Of a stretch of DNA of 64,000 nt, positions 20,443 to 30,578 are shown in pieces. Position 1 is the first letter of the stretch. Every line of letters begins with the position of its first letter. This stretch comes from an uncultured virus (IMG/VR IMGVR_UViG_3300038415_000352) (taxonomy: Duplodnaviria > Heunggongvirae > Uroviricota > Caudoviricetes). Location: IMG/VR virus record IMGVR_UViG_3300038415_000352; one strand, written 5' to 3'. The position numbers and the translations under genes are program-made. The notes beneath the pieces are model-generated. The model was given only the letters and a program-made list of their open reading frames with translations. It was not told the origin of the DNA and made no database searches.

Positions 20443-21651
20443 GTGGCGCTCGACCTCTCCCGCGAGCAGTATTCCGAGGTCCTCTCGGACCTCCGGCTCG
20501 GGACCTTCCCGAGACAGGCGGGTACGCCCGGTCGGGTAACGCTCGGGGGATGGAACTCGTTCTTCCGCTGGTTCGAGGGGAACTACGGGAGAGCGGTTCC
20601 GATGTTCATCTCGCATAACGCCTACGAGACGCCGGCGCTTGGCGGGCCTATCGACGTGAACCGGTTCGTCTTCTCGGCGACGTTCGGCGATATGGATACG
20701 GGAGACGGCTCGGGGCTCCGTCCCGGCGAGGTCGAGAGCGAGGTCGTCCGCGTAGAGGAGTGGGTCGAGTCCGAGGGCCTCGCGCACGCTTGGAAGTTCT
20801 CGGGGTCGTATATCGACGGCCAGCCCGCCGGGTTCCATCTCCGTATCGGCTGGAAGAGCGAGCCCCGGCATCGGGTCTACCTTACCCGTTGGGAGAGCGC
20901 CTTCTGGCGGGGCCTAAAGCACCAGCTCGGGCTCCGGTCGGTAAATATCGTCTGCGCCGAGCCCGCCCGCTTCGAGCGGCTCCCGTATACGCCGTACGTC
21001 CACCATAAGGACCCGCTCTCGAAGGAGTGGAAGAAGGAAGCGAACTACTGCGTCCCGGTTCCGCACGACTGGATTCGCGAGGGTCGCTTCGATAAGGTCC
21101 GGGACCTATCGTTCTCGCCCTACGACGTCGGTCCGGTCTGGGTCCCCGGAAAGGAGCCGACCCTCGAGACCTACGTTCGTACGAAGGGATGGGAGGTCTT
21201 CTCGCACGAGGCCGAGGCGTTCCACCCCGCCCCGACGGGCGAGGAGTACGCGGCGACGGGAAACGCTATCGACCTCGCGAAGCTCCTGATTCCCGAGAAG
21301 CTCTGCCTCCGTACGCTTCCGTACGGGGCGAATCCTAGGCACGAAGTCCGGCGTGCATGGATTATCGATATCCTCGCGACCGACCCGGACGGTTGGACCG
21401 AACCCGAAATACAAGCCTTCGTCGACGGCGTCGCGGAAGAGTCGAAGTGGGAGGACCGGGGGAATACGAGCCGTCGCCGGTATCAGGTCGCCTACCATTG
21501 GAAGCGGAAGTACAAGCCGAAGTCCTGTAACGAGCTTCGGGAGAAAGGGGTCTGCGTCGCGAACGCGATTACCGACTGTTCGCTCTTCCCGAAGGCGTTC
21601 CCGGAGGAGTTCGCCGAGTACCGGAAGAACCACCCGGAGGGAGGGAAATGA
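20443..21651 (+). CDS. archaeo-eukaryotic primase, PriS-PriL fusion
   Basis: GDMD (DxD), FSG...GFHL, RLPYT; C-terminal PriL-like LC, HEVR, SCNELREKGVC...C. Confidence 0.8.
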   Translation: MALDLSREQYSEVLSDLRLGTFPRQAGTPGRVTLGGWNSFFRWFEGNYGRAVPMFISHNAYETPALGGPIDVNRFVFSATFGDMDTGDGSGLRPGEVESEVVRVEEWVESEGLAHAWKFSGSYIDGQPAGFHLRIGWKSEPRHRVYLTRWESAFWRGLKHQLGLRSVNIVCAEPARFERLPYTPYVHHKDPLSKEWKKEANYCVPVPHDWIREGRFDKVRDLSFSPYDVGPVWVPGKEPTLETYVRTKGWEVFSHEAEAFHPAPTGEEYAATGNAIDLAKLLIPEKLCLRTLPYGANPRHEVRRAWIIDILATDPDGWTEPEIQAFVDGVAEESKWEDRGNTSRRRYQVAYHWKRKYKPKSCNELREKGVCVANAITDCSLFPKAFPEEFAEYRKNHPEGGK

Positions 21652-21956
21652 TAGAGATAGCCCGGAACCACGAACGGGTCGTCGACTTCGAAGAGGAGAC
21701 GGGGTCCTCGGACGGGGGCGCGGCGGTCGAAGACGCCCGGAGGCTCTGCGCGACGTGCGGGATGGTCCATATTCCGGGAGAGGCGTGTCCGTGAAGCCCG
21801 GCTACCTCGTCGAGCGCGAGCATGTCGGCCACCTGACCTACGAGCCGCCGCTCTGCCAGCAGGAGGAGGAGCGGCTCCGTCGGCTACGGGAAGGGACGGC
21901 GCGTCGGGCCCGAGAGGTCGAGGACCGACGTACGCTCGCTAAGGAGAAGAACAATC

Positions 21957-22169
21957 ATGAGCAGTGAGATTCCCGCGAGACGACAACAGCGTATCTTCTA
22001 CGAGGAGCGCGACGACTCGGGGAAGGTCGTCCTTCGGCAGATTATCGGCTTCCCGACGATTCGGGAGGACGGTAGCGTCTATATCGAGCGACCCGGGAAC
22101 ACGAACGTCCTTATCCGGTCGTTCCATAAGATGGAGGACTACGCGCCGACGAACGGAGATACGAAGTGA
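21957..22169 (+). CDS. hypothetical protein
   Basis: AAGGAG SD; coupled ORF. Confidence 0.55.
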   Translation: MSSEIPARRQQRIFYEERDDSGKVVLRQIIGFPTIREDGSVYIERPGNTNVLIRSFHKMEDYAPTNGDTK

Positions 22170-22311
22170 GCGCTAGCCTCTCGAGACCGCCCCGCTTCCG
22201 TATCTGGGTCCTTCGTCCTCGGCCCTGCGGGCACCGGCATCGGCACTTCTCCGAGATACTCGCCTGTATCGAGAAGAACGGGAACCCGGGCTTTACTCGG
22301 AGGCTCGTGCG

Positions 22312-23241
22312 ATGAACCCCGAGGACCTACGGCCCGCGACCCTCGAGGAAATCGTCGGGCAGGGAAACGCGGTCCGCGTTCTAAAGAGCCTCGCCGCGAA
22401 AGCGAACGACGGCTCCGGGTTCCCGATACCCTCGCTCCTTTTCTTCGGCCCGCCGGGCGTCGGGAAGACGACGGCGGCGATAGCGTTCGCGAAGGAACTC
22501 CTCGGCCCGCTCTGGAGGGAGAACTTCTTCGAGATGAATGCATCGGACGACCGGGGCATCGATACCGTCCGGGACCGGATTATCCCGTACGTCGATAGTA
22601 TGCCCTCGGACGGCGCGCCCTTCAAGATTCTCTTCCTCGACGAGGCGGATATGCTTACCCCCGAGGCGCAGGCCGCGCTCCGCCGGACGATGGAGACCGG
22701 TTCGGAGACGACCCGGTTCATCCTAGCGGCGAACCGCGTCTCGAAGGTAATCGACGCGCTTCGTTCCCGGACGCTCCCGATTCCGTTCCGTCCTCTCTCC
22801 GACGCCGAGATACGGCGGGTCGTCGACGAGGCCGCGAAGAAGGTCGGTCTGACCCTAGACCCGACGACGGTCGACGCTATCGTTCTCGTCGCCGAGGGGC
22901 AGGCGAGAGACGCGGTAAACCTCCTCCTCGGCGGGGGGAACGGGGCGGAGAACTACCTGACGATAACCTCGAAGGTCGAGGCGCTCTTTAAGGGGACCGG
23001 ACCGGTCGTCGACCGCGTCGAGGACTTTACCGGTTGGGTCCGCGTCGAGGGCTATTCGGATATCGAGCGGGTCCTCCTAACCATCGAGCGGGCGGTCGTC
23101 GCGAAGGGGCTCGTTCCGAAGGAGAAGATTCCGCGGGTATCCTACGAGGCGGCGAGTTCGGCCTTCCGGGTAGCGCAGGGTCTCGCGGCCCCGGTTCTCG
23201 AGGTCCGCGCGTTCCTCTATCGCGTTCTCGGGGCGGTCTAA
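22312..23241 (+). CDS. rfcS: replication factor C small subunit (clamp loader)
   Basis: LRP.TL.EIVGQ, GPPGVGKTT, EMNASDDRGID, LDEAD, AQAALRRTME. Confidence 0.95.
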   Translation: MNPEDLRPATLEEIVGQGNAVRVLKSLAAKANDGSGFPIPSLLFFGPPGVGKTTAAIAFAKELLGPLWRENFFEMNASDDRGIDTVRDRIIPYVDSMPSDGAPFKILFLDEADMLTPEAQAALRRTMETGSETTRFILAANRVSKVIDALRSRTLPIPFRPLSDAEIRRVVDEAAKKVGLTLDPTTVDAIVLVAEGQARDAVNLLLGGGNGAENYLTITSKVEALFKGTGPVVDRVEDFTGWVRVEGYSDIERVLLTIERAVVAKGLVPKEKIPRVSYEAASSAFRVAQGLAAPVLEVRAFLYRVLGAV

Positions 23242-23525
23242 GAAAGGGTGTTACATGAAGGAGAACCTAACGAATCCGGACTTCCGGATAAGCGCCGAGG
23301 AGATGGACCGGATTATCGAACGTCTCGAGAAGCGCGCGGAAACGGAGCCGTCCGCGAAGGCCGAACTCGAGTCGTGGAAGAACGCACGGAACAGGGTACG
23401 AGGATGAAGGTCTGGTGCGAGAAATGCGGTAGGTGGCTTAAGCTGACCCGCCGTTGGTTCGAGAAGCGCGTACACCAAGCCGGTACCGAGACGCACGAGG
23501 TCTACCTCGTCCCCCCGGTGAGACG

Positions 23526-23816
23526 ATGACCGGTAGCCCTCTCGCCTATACGACGCCCGGGGATATCGCCCGGCACGGGGAGTTTATCGACTTCGTCGCG
23601 CTAGGTCATCTACCGACGGGTAAGATGCCCCGGTTCCGGGTCGTTACCGTCGAGGGGAAGGAAGGGCTCGGCGATATCAAGTGGTACGGCGCGTGGTGGT
23701 GCTACGTCTTCGAACCCGACGGCCAGACTATCTACGAGAAGAAGTGCCTTCGGGATATCGCGCAGTTCCTCGACGACCTTACGGCGGAATGGAAGGCGGG
23801 GCGGAAGCATGTTTAA
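23526..23816 (+). CDS. hypothetical protein
   Basis: Coupled ORF; LG.IKWYGAW..Y.F.P...T.Y...CL.DI pattern of small phage proteins. Confidence 0.6.
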   Translation: MTGSPLAYTTPGDIARHGEFIDFVALGHLPTGKMPRFRVVTVEGKEGLGDIKWYGAWWCYVFEPDGQTIYEKKCLRDIAQFLDDLTAEWKAGRKHV

Positions 23817-24333
23817 CTTTAGGGTCCACGAGGTCGCCGGGGATAAGACCGCCGGAGCGGTCTTCGATATCGACCGGCTCTACCGCTATTCGCTTTGGCG
23901 GGTCTGGAACGAGAAGCTCCCGAAGGTCCTCTTCGTAATGCTTAACCCGTCGACGGCGGACGAGAAGGTCCTCGACCCGACGGTTACTCGGTGCGTCGGC
24001 TACGCGAAGAGATGGGGCTACGGGGGTTTACTCGTCGGGAACCTCTTCGCCCTTCGGGCGACGAACCCGAAGCGCCTCTACTCGGCGAGGGACCCGGTAG
24101 GCCCGACGAACGATGCCGCGCTCCTCGGGATGCTTCCCGACGTCGAACTCGTTGTCGCCGCGTGGGGAAACTATGGAGGCTACCTGAACCGGGGACCCTA
24201 CGTCGCGAAGATGCTCGTACGAGTTGAAGCCCTCGGGGTTACGAAGAACGGCCACCCGGCGCACCCGCTCTATCTTCGGGGCGAGAAGGCGCCCGCGCCG
24301 TTCTCGTACGCAGAACCGGGAGGGAAGCGATGA
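23809..24333 (+). CDS. DUF1643 family protein
   Basis: YRYSLWR.W, MLNPSTAD...DPT, NLFA.RAT.P, AAWG, P.HPLY. Confidence 0.9.
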   Translation: MFNFRVHEVAGDKTAGAVFDIDRLYRYSLWRVWNEKLPKVLFVMLNPSTADEKVLDPTVTRCVGYAKRWGYGGLLVGNLFALRATNPKRLYSARDPVGPTNDAALLGMLPDVELVVAAWGNYGGYLNRGPYVAKMLVRVEALGVTKNGHPAHPLYLRGEKAPAPFSYAEPGGKR

Positions 24334-25247
24334 CCTACTCGATAGCCTCGCCGAACGGCGACCTCGTCGTCTACTTCGCCGACGCCGCTTGGATGGACGA
24401 GGTCCCGAACGAGTCGGTCGACCTCGTCGTGACCTCGCCTCCCTACGGGGTCGGTCTCCGGTACGGCGTCCCGGGGGCGACGCCCGGCCTGAACGATACG
24501 GGCTACTCGGGGACTAAGGGACAGGTTGAGCGGCCGGTAATGTCGATGGAGGACTACGGCGAGTACCTCCGGCGGCTCGAGCCGGTCTGGCGCGAGACGT
24601 ACCGGAAGATGAAGCCCGGCGCGTACGCCGCGCTGAACGTCGCCTCTATCCACGCGAAGTCGGAGTACTTCGGGCACTCGTTCGTCCTCCCGACCTCGGA
24701 GGATACGTCGAACTTCTGGAGGTTCAAGCTCGAGGCCGAGTACCGCTGGCGGTACCTTTGGCTCGCGATGCGCTCGAATACGAACGGGACAGATAACCCG
24801 CCGGTCTTCTTCGGCTCGTACCCGCTCCCGCTCGAGGGGCAGATACTCCGTCAGGTCGAGGATATCCTCATCTTCCGGAAGCCGCGGCCCGAGGGATGGG
24901 AGATGCCCGAGGAGCGGAAGGAGCGGAGGAAGCTCTCGAAGCTCTCGAAGGAGGACTGGCGGACGACGTTCTCGCAGGTATGGGAGTTCCCGGGGGCCCG
25001 CTCGGAGACGTCGAACGGTACGACCCATCCCGCCGTCTTTCCTATCGAGCTTCCGCTTCGGCTTATCCGCGGCTACTCCTGTATCGGCGATACGGTCCTC
25101 GACCCGTTCCTCGGGACCGGGACGACCCTCCTCGCCGCTAAGACGACGGGTCGGAGGGGAATCGGCTACGAGGTCGAGCGGACCTACGAGCCGCTTATCA
25201 TCTCTAAGCTATCGCTCGGCGAAGCGAGCCTCGGCGCGGAGTGGTAG
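24330..25247 (+). CDS. DNA methyltransferase, beta class (probably N4-cytosine)
   Basis: VTSPPY precedes HPAVFP and VLDPFLGTGTT. Confidence 0.9.
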   Translation: MTYSIASPNGDLVVYFADAAWMDEVPNESVDLVVTSPPYGVGLRYGVPGATPGLNDTGYSGTKGQVERPVMSMEDYGEYLRRLEPVWRETYRKMKPGAYAALNVASIHAKSEYFGHSFVLPTSEDTSNFWRFKLEAEYRWRYLWLAMRSNTNGTDNPPVFFGSYPLPLEGQILRQVEDILIFRKPRPEGWEMPEERKERRKLSKLSKEDWRTTFSQVWEFPGARSETSNGTTHPAVFPIELPLRLIRGYSCIGDTVLDPFLGTGTTLLAAKTTGRRGIGYEVERTYEPLIISKLSLGEASLGAEW

Positions 25248-25249
25248 AG

Positions 25250-27877
25250 ATGCCGCAGACCGGGCGGGTCTTCCGAACCTCCTATCACCTTTCCCCGGGC
25301 GGAGAGCTTCTCGTCGACGCGTACGGGCGGGACGTCGAGGGTAAGCGTATCTCGAGGGTCATCTCGGGCTGCCGGCCGTACTTTTACGTCGGCGCCGGCG
25401 AGGAATCCGTCGCCCGTTCGATTCCCGAGGTCGTTTCGGTCGAGCCCGGTCCGCTCGACGTCCGCTCCTCGCCGACGGTCCGGGTCTACGCTCGGTACCC
25501 GTTCGACGTCCCGAAGCTCCGAAGCCGGTTCCGGCGGCACTACGAGGCCGACATTTTCTTCGATACCCGGGTCCGCATCGACTACGGTCTCCGCTACGCG
25601 ACCTTACCCGATATCGAACCGGTACCGATTTCGCAGGTAACGATTCCTCCGCGTCCGGTCGTCGTTCCGCGAATCCTCTATATCGATATCGAGGTTTCCG
25701 ACCTCTACGGGTTCGCGTCGCCGGACGACCCGAAGAACGCGGTCCTCTCCGTCGCGTTCGCGGATACGTATACGAACCGCTACGGTATCATCTACCACGG
25801 CCCGAGGGTCGACCTCGCGGCGGTCCGGGCGGCGTTCCCGGTCGAGATTCGGGAGGAGGTCCGTCTCTTCCCGGTCGACTCCGAGGCGAACGTCGTCGAT
25901 TCGTTCGGCGAGCTTCTCCGGAAGATAGAGCCCGACGTAGTCTCGGCGTGGAACCTCTACGAGTACGACGCTCCGTATCTCGCCGGGCGGACGAAGCGTC
26001 TCCTCGAGACGGTCCGTTCCTCGGATATGACGCTCGTCTACGAATCCTTCGACGTCGACCGCGAGCGCTACCACGGGGTCTATCGGCACCGGGGCCGGTA
26101 CGCGCTCGGCGACTGCCTCGCGATTCACCGGAAGAAGAAGCCGAAGCAGGGCTCGCATGCGCTGAACTCCGTCGCGATGGAGAAGTTCGGTTACGGGAAG
26201 GTCGACCGTCCGGGCGGCGTCGCGGAGCTACTTCGGACGGACCCGGCACGATTCGCCGCCTACAATCTCTTCGACGTCTACCTCCTCCGGAAAATCGACG
26301 AGGCCGAGAACCTTCTCCCGTACTGGCTCCAGATAGTCGAACTCGCCGAGACGGACGGGGTCGACTACCTCCATAACTCCCGGCTCTGGGACGGCTTCCT
26401 CCTTCGGGAGGCCCGTATCTCCGGGAAGGTCGAGGCGGTCCTCGACTCGAAGGACTTCGCCCCCGAGGGCCAGCGGGAGGGACGGGCGGCCGAGGTCTTC
26501 GATACGAAGACGGGTATCCACCCGTGGGTCATCGCGCTCGACCTCTCGGGGGAGTACCCGAGCATCATCCGTACGTTTAATATCTCTCCCGAGACGCGGA
26601 ACCCCCCGCCCGAGGTGCCGGCGTTCGTTCTACCGACCGGCGGGCGGTACCGGAAGGAACCGCCGGGGCTTATCCCACGGGCCCTCGCCCGTATCGCTCA
26701 CGTTCGGGGTAGCGCGAAAGCGACCGCGAAGTCGAGCCCGCCGGGGTCGAAGGTGCGGGAGGACGCGGAGACCCTCGCCGATGCGCTGAAGTATATCGTG
26801 AACAGCGCCGCGGGAATCATGGGCTCGCAGCACTGGCGGATGGCCTCCGTCGATATGTTCGAAGACGTTACCGGGATGGCGCGCCGGCAGCTTAACTGGA
26901 ATAAGAGCCACCTCGAGGACCCGGCGTGGCTCGGGAAGGTCCTCGCCGATATAGGAGGCGAGTGGCGCGGCGAGGTCGTTCTCGGCGATACCGATTCCTG
27001 CTACGTAAAGCTCTACCGGAACGGCCAGCCCGGCTCGGACTTCGAGACGGTCGTACGGGCGACGAAGCTCCTCGCCGCGGCGCTCAACGAGTCCTACGCC
27101 GAGTTCGTAACGAGCGGCGGCGCTACGCAGAACTTTACCTCCGTCGATATCGAGGGGATATTCGCTCCGCTCCGGACGCTCCCCCGGGCAGGTTCCGAGG
27201 AGTCGGCGAAGAAGCGGTACTACGGGTCGTATATCTGGCGGGACGGGTTCGACCTTCGGAACGAGCCGCCCGACTCGCCGGGCCGGCTAAAGACGTCCGG
27301 GCTCGAGACGAAACGCTGGAACAACGCCCCGGTAACGAAGGACGTCCAGACGAGAATCATCGGGTTCGTCCTTCGCGACCGTCCTATCGACGAGATAGAG
27401 CGGTACGTCGACTCCGTACGGACCGAGGTCTACGCGGGGCTCCGCGACGAGGACCTCGCTATCCCGGCGAAGATGGGCCGCGACTTCCGGGAGTACGAAC
27501 GGTCGTACTCGTTCGGTAAGGAGGAAGGCGACGCCGGCTACGTCGAGGACTCCTCGGGGCGCCGGCGGAAGAAGCCGGCCGCGCCGCCGTTCCTACGGGC
27601 GATTCGCGCGTACTCCGAGGCGACGGGAAAGGCGATTCGGGCCGGCGACGAGTTCCGTTGGTTCTTCGTAACGGCTATCGAAGGGCCGAACGGACGGGAC
27701 TCGACGGTCCGGGAGTTCGCGATACCGTACGGGACGACGATAGCCGAGGCCCGGGCTCGCGGTCTTTCGTTCGACCTCGACCGGAAGCTACTCTACGAGA
27801 AGACGGTCTGGGAACCGGCGACGCACGTAGAGCCTCGCCTCGCGGCGGGAACGACGTCGCTCGCGGAGGAGTGGTGA
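25250..27877 (+). CDS. polB: family B DNA polymerase
   Basis: Exo DIE / WN..YD.PYL / YN..D; pol DLSGEYPSII, K...NS..G, GDTDS, KKRY, GLE..R. Confidence 0.95.
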   Translation: MPQTGRVFRTSYHLSPGGELLVDAYGRDVEGKRISRVISGCRPYFYVGAGEESVARSIPEVVSVEPGPLDVRSSPTVRVYARYPFDVPKLRSRFRRHYEADIFFDTRVRIDYGLRYATLPDIEPVPISQVTIPPRPVVVPRILYIDIEVSDLYGFASPDDPKNAVLSVAFADTYTNRYGIIYHGPRVDLAAVRAAFPVEIREEVRLFPVDSEANVVDSFGELLRKIEPDVVSAWNLYEYDAPYLAGRTKRLLETVRSSDMTLVYESFDVDRERYHGVYRHRGRYALGDCLAIHRKKKPKQGSHALNSVAMEKFGYGKVDRPGGVAELLRTDPARFAAYNLFDVYLLRKIDEAENLLPYWLQIVELAETDGVDYLHNSRLWDGFLLREARISGKVEAVLDSKDFAPEGQREGRAAEVFDTKTGIHPWVIALDLSGEYPSIIRTFNISPETRNPPPEVPAFVLPTGGRYRKEPPGLIPRALARIAHVRGSAKATAKSSPPGSKVREDAETLADALKYIVNSAAGIMGSQHWRMASVDMFEDVTGMARRQLNWNKSHLEDPAWLGKVLADIGGEWRGEVVLGDTDSCYVKLYRNGQPGSDFETVVRATKLLAAALNESYAEFVTSGGATQNFTSVDIEGIFAPLRTLPRAGSEESAKKRYYGSYIWRDGFDLRNEPPDSPGRLKTSGLETKRWNNAPVTKDVQTRIIGFVLRDRPIDEIERYVDSVRTEVYAGLRDEDLAIPAKMGRDFREYERSYSFGKEEGDAGYVEDSSGRRRKKPAAPPFLRAIRAYSEATGKAIRAGDEFRWFFVTAIEGPNGRDSTVREFAIPYGTTIAEARARGLSFDLDRKLLYEKTVWEPATHVEPRLAAGTTSLAEEW

Positions 27878-28686
27878 CGCCTCTTCCCGGTCACGTCTCT
27901 ACCGCCGTCGACCTCGTTACCTCGTACCTGACGGACCCGTCGTTACAGGAGCATCCGTTCCTCGCTCTCGGCGAATACGGCCTCGGCCGGGGGCATTACC
28001 TCGCCGATACGATTCGGCGGAACGGGTTCGTTCCGCGATGGCTCTACGAACCGGTCGCGCTTCCCGCTTCGGACCTCGACGGGAACGCTCTCTTTCCCGT
28101 CTACGACGTCCCGAAGGCGCAGATTCGTAACCTTCCCGCGCCCTCTATCGTTCTCGTCCCGTCGAGCTTCGACCGGAAGAGCGCTACCTACCGGGGCTGG
28201 CTATGGGCGCCGTTCGGCCGTCCCGAGTCGTGGAATATCACCGACGTTCTCGCCGCTCGGGGCCTTCCGGTCGAGGCGGCGGAAGGGAACCCGGCGTACG
28301 GACCGGCGATTCGCGCCGCGGAGGTCCTCCAGATGACCGGGGTCCTTCTTACTTCGGAGCCGCCGAAGTCGAGGACCTGGTCCGAGTTCCGTAACGGCGG
28401 CTCGCCGCCGGTCGAGGACGGGCTCCTCCCGTACTACCTCGCCTATACGTTCCCGACGACCGACTCGTCGTTCAACCGGGGTCTCTGGATTAGGTCACGG
28501 CTCGCTCGCGAGTCGTTCGGCGAGTGTATCCTCGACGCGATTCGGAATCGGATACCGACGACCGAGCTTCGCTTCCCGAGGGTCCTCTCGTACCAGAAGC
28601 CGAAGCCGCGAGAGGAACCCGAGACGAAGACCGACGTAGCCTCGGCCGCGGTCCTGACGAAGTCGTACGCTATCGATTGGGGGTAA
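27874..28686 (+). CDS. hypothetical protein, possibly a degenerate clamp-loader large subunit
   Basis: Degenerate P-loop GEYGLGRG; in replication operon; aromatic C-terminal tail SYAIDWG. Confidence 0.4.
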   Translation: MTPLPGHVSTAVDLVTSYLTDPSLQEHPFLALGEYGLGRGHYLADTIRRNGFVPRWLYEPVALPASDLDGNALFPVYDVPKAQIRNLPAPSIVLVPSSFDRKSATYRGWLWAPFGRPESWNITDVLAARGLPVEAAEGNPAYGPAIRAAEVLQMTGVLLTSEPPKSRTWSEFRNGGSPPVEDGLLPYYLAYTFPTTDSSFNRGLWIRSRLARESFGECILDAIRNRIPTTELRFPRVLSYQKPKPREEPETKTDVASAAVLTKSYAIDWG

Positions 28687-28688
28687 AG

Positions 28689-30578
28689 ATGGCGGTAGAA
28701 GAGTACGGAGCGGTTACGAAGGTCGAGGTCGACGGCGCGAGGAAGTTCCTTCATCTCCTTTCGAGCGCGCCGCTCGAGGTATCGCGCTACGCGCCGGTCG
28801 GCGAGGGGGACGAGCTATTCGGCGAGAACGGGACGGTCTATATCCGGGCGAGGAACGGTCGGGCGGCGCTCTTCCCGGCGTTCGATATCGCGGAGGACCT
28901 AAAGCCGGGTTGGCCGACGATTCGCTTTAAGGAGGTCGAGACCGAGGAGGAAGAGGCCGGGTACCGCAAGCTCGCGGCGTTCCACTACCGCGGCTCGGGG
29001 CTCTACGGTCGGCGGGTCCCGGTAATCGCGCGGGTCGACGACCCGTTCTGGCCGAAGGTCGTCGGGTATATCGAGCTGACGACCGATATGATGATGAACG
29101 CGCCGCGGAACCGTCTCGTCGGGTCCGGCTACGACGACCCGAACGGGTTCGGCTGGCCGGCGAACGACGACTCGGTCGAGAAGCTAAAGGACCGGGTGAA
29201 CCTCTTCGTACGGGTCGGCCGTATCGTCGTCGTCCCCGAGATTCGGGGTGCCGGGCTCGGCTACGCCCTCTACCGGTACGCCTGCCGGTACGCTAACGAG
29301 CGGTTCTACGTCGGCGGCTACGTCCCGTACTTCATTCTCGCTATCGCGGATTCGTTAAAGTACATCCCGACGGCGGAGAAGGCCGGGTTCGTCTTCGCCG
29401 GCTATACAACCGGGAACGCGGATACTATCGCCGAGGACATTCGGAAGTCGTTCGCCGATATCGACATGCTCCGCGCCCGGGACCAGCAGGGCGAGCTTAC
29501 GAACCGGGGGATAATCGCGCTCCAGCTCCGGTACGCGGAACGGATTAAGGAGGCCGCCGACCGGCTGAAGCTGACGCCCGAGGGTACCGCGGCGCTCCTA
29601 TCGAAGCCGGCCGAGGAACTCTCGGACGACGAGTACGCGATTCTCTACCCTATCCTGCGGTTCCCGAAGCCCGTCTACTTCAAAGGGCTGAACCCGCACG
29701 CCGAGGCGTATATCGAGCGGCGGGTAAAGGAACTCGGGCTAAAGGCCGAGGACTTCGACCCGAGGGTCCTCGTTACGCCTCTCTCGTCGCCGTTCGTTCT
29801 GAGCGGGACGTCCGTTACGGTCATCTCCTCGATACCCTCGTCGAAGCGGGTACGTTCCGTCGAGCAGGGCTTCGGTCTTCACCCGGAGAACCTCGCGGAT
29901 ACGGTCATCTCGGACCTCTCGCTCGAGATTCCGCCGAGGTCGACGCTCCTGATTACCGGGCCGTCCGGCTCGGGGAAGTCGCTTCTCCTTTCGCTCCTGA
30001 CCCGGTCGCTCGCGCCCTCGTCGAAGGTCGAGGTAACGGGGTCGGTAGATATCCCGGAGGACGCGGTCTTCGCCCGGCTCGTCCCGCTCGAACCCGACGT
30101 TCCTCTCGTCGACCAGCTCGTTCCCGAGGCGCCCGATATCCGCCCGGCGCTCTTCCTCCTGAATACCGCCGCTCTTTCCGAGGCGCACTCCTATCTCAAG
30201 CGGTTCCGGGACCTCTCGGCCGGGCAACAGTACCGGGCGATGATAGCGAAGATGGTCGGGAGCGGGGCGAACGTCTGGGTCGCCGACGAGTTCTGCTCGG
30301 CGATAGACCCGATTACGGCGCCGCTCGTCGCGGCGAATCTACGGAAGGTCGCGAGGCGCCTCGGGGCGACCGTTATCGTCGCGGCGCCGCACTCCTCGGC
30401 GTTCGTTCGTCAGCTCGCGCCGGATATCGTCGTCCAGTTCCTCCCCGGACGGGCGCATAAGGTAGTCTCCGGGGCGGAGTTCGTCTCGTATCTCGACGGG
30501 TATAAGCCGCCGACGAACGAGGAGCCGCCGCCGGAGTTCTCGGGTCTCTCGATAAAGTCGTTGGGGGAAGAATGGTAG
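28689..30578 (+). CDS. GNAT acetyltransferase / ABC ATPase fusion
   Basis: FHYR, RIVVVPEIRGAGLG (GNAT motif A); GPSGSGKS, LSAGQ, ADEF. Confidence 0.85.
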   Translation: MAVEEYGAVTKVEVDGARKFLHLLSSAPLEVSRYAPVGEGDELFGENGTVYIRARNGRAALFPAFDIAEDLKPGWPTIRFKEVETEEEEAGYRKLAAFHYRGSGLYGRRVPVIARVDDPFWPKVVGYIELTTDMMMNAPRNRLVGSGYDDPNGFGWPANDDSVEKLKDRVNLFVRVGRIVVVPEIRGAGLGYALYRYACRYANERFYVGGYVPYFILAIADSLKYIPTAEKAGFVFAGYTTGNADTIAEDIRKSFADIDMLRARDQQGELTNRGIIALQLRYAERIKEAADRLKLTPEGTAALLSKPAEELSDDEYAILYPILRFPKPVYFKGLNPHAEAYIERRVKELGLKAEDFDPRVLVTPLSSPFVLSGTSVTVISSIPSSKRVRSVEQGFGLHPENLADTVISDLSLEIPPRSTLLITGPSGSGKSLLLSLLTRSLAPSSKVEVTGSVDIPEDAVFARLVPLEPDVPLVDQLVPEAPDIRPALFLLNTAALSEAHSYLKRFRDLSAGQQYRAMIAKMVGSGANVWVADEFCSAIDPITAPLVAANLRKVARRLGATVIVAAPHSSAFVRQLAPDIVVQFLPGRAHKVVSGAEFVSYLDGYKPPTNEEPPPEFSGLSIKSLGEEW

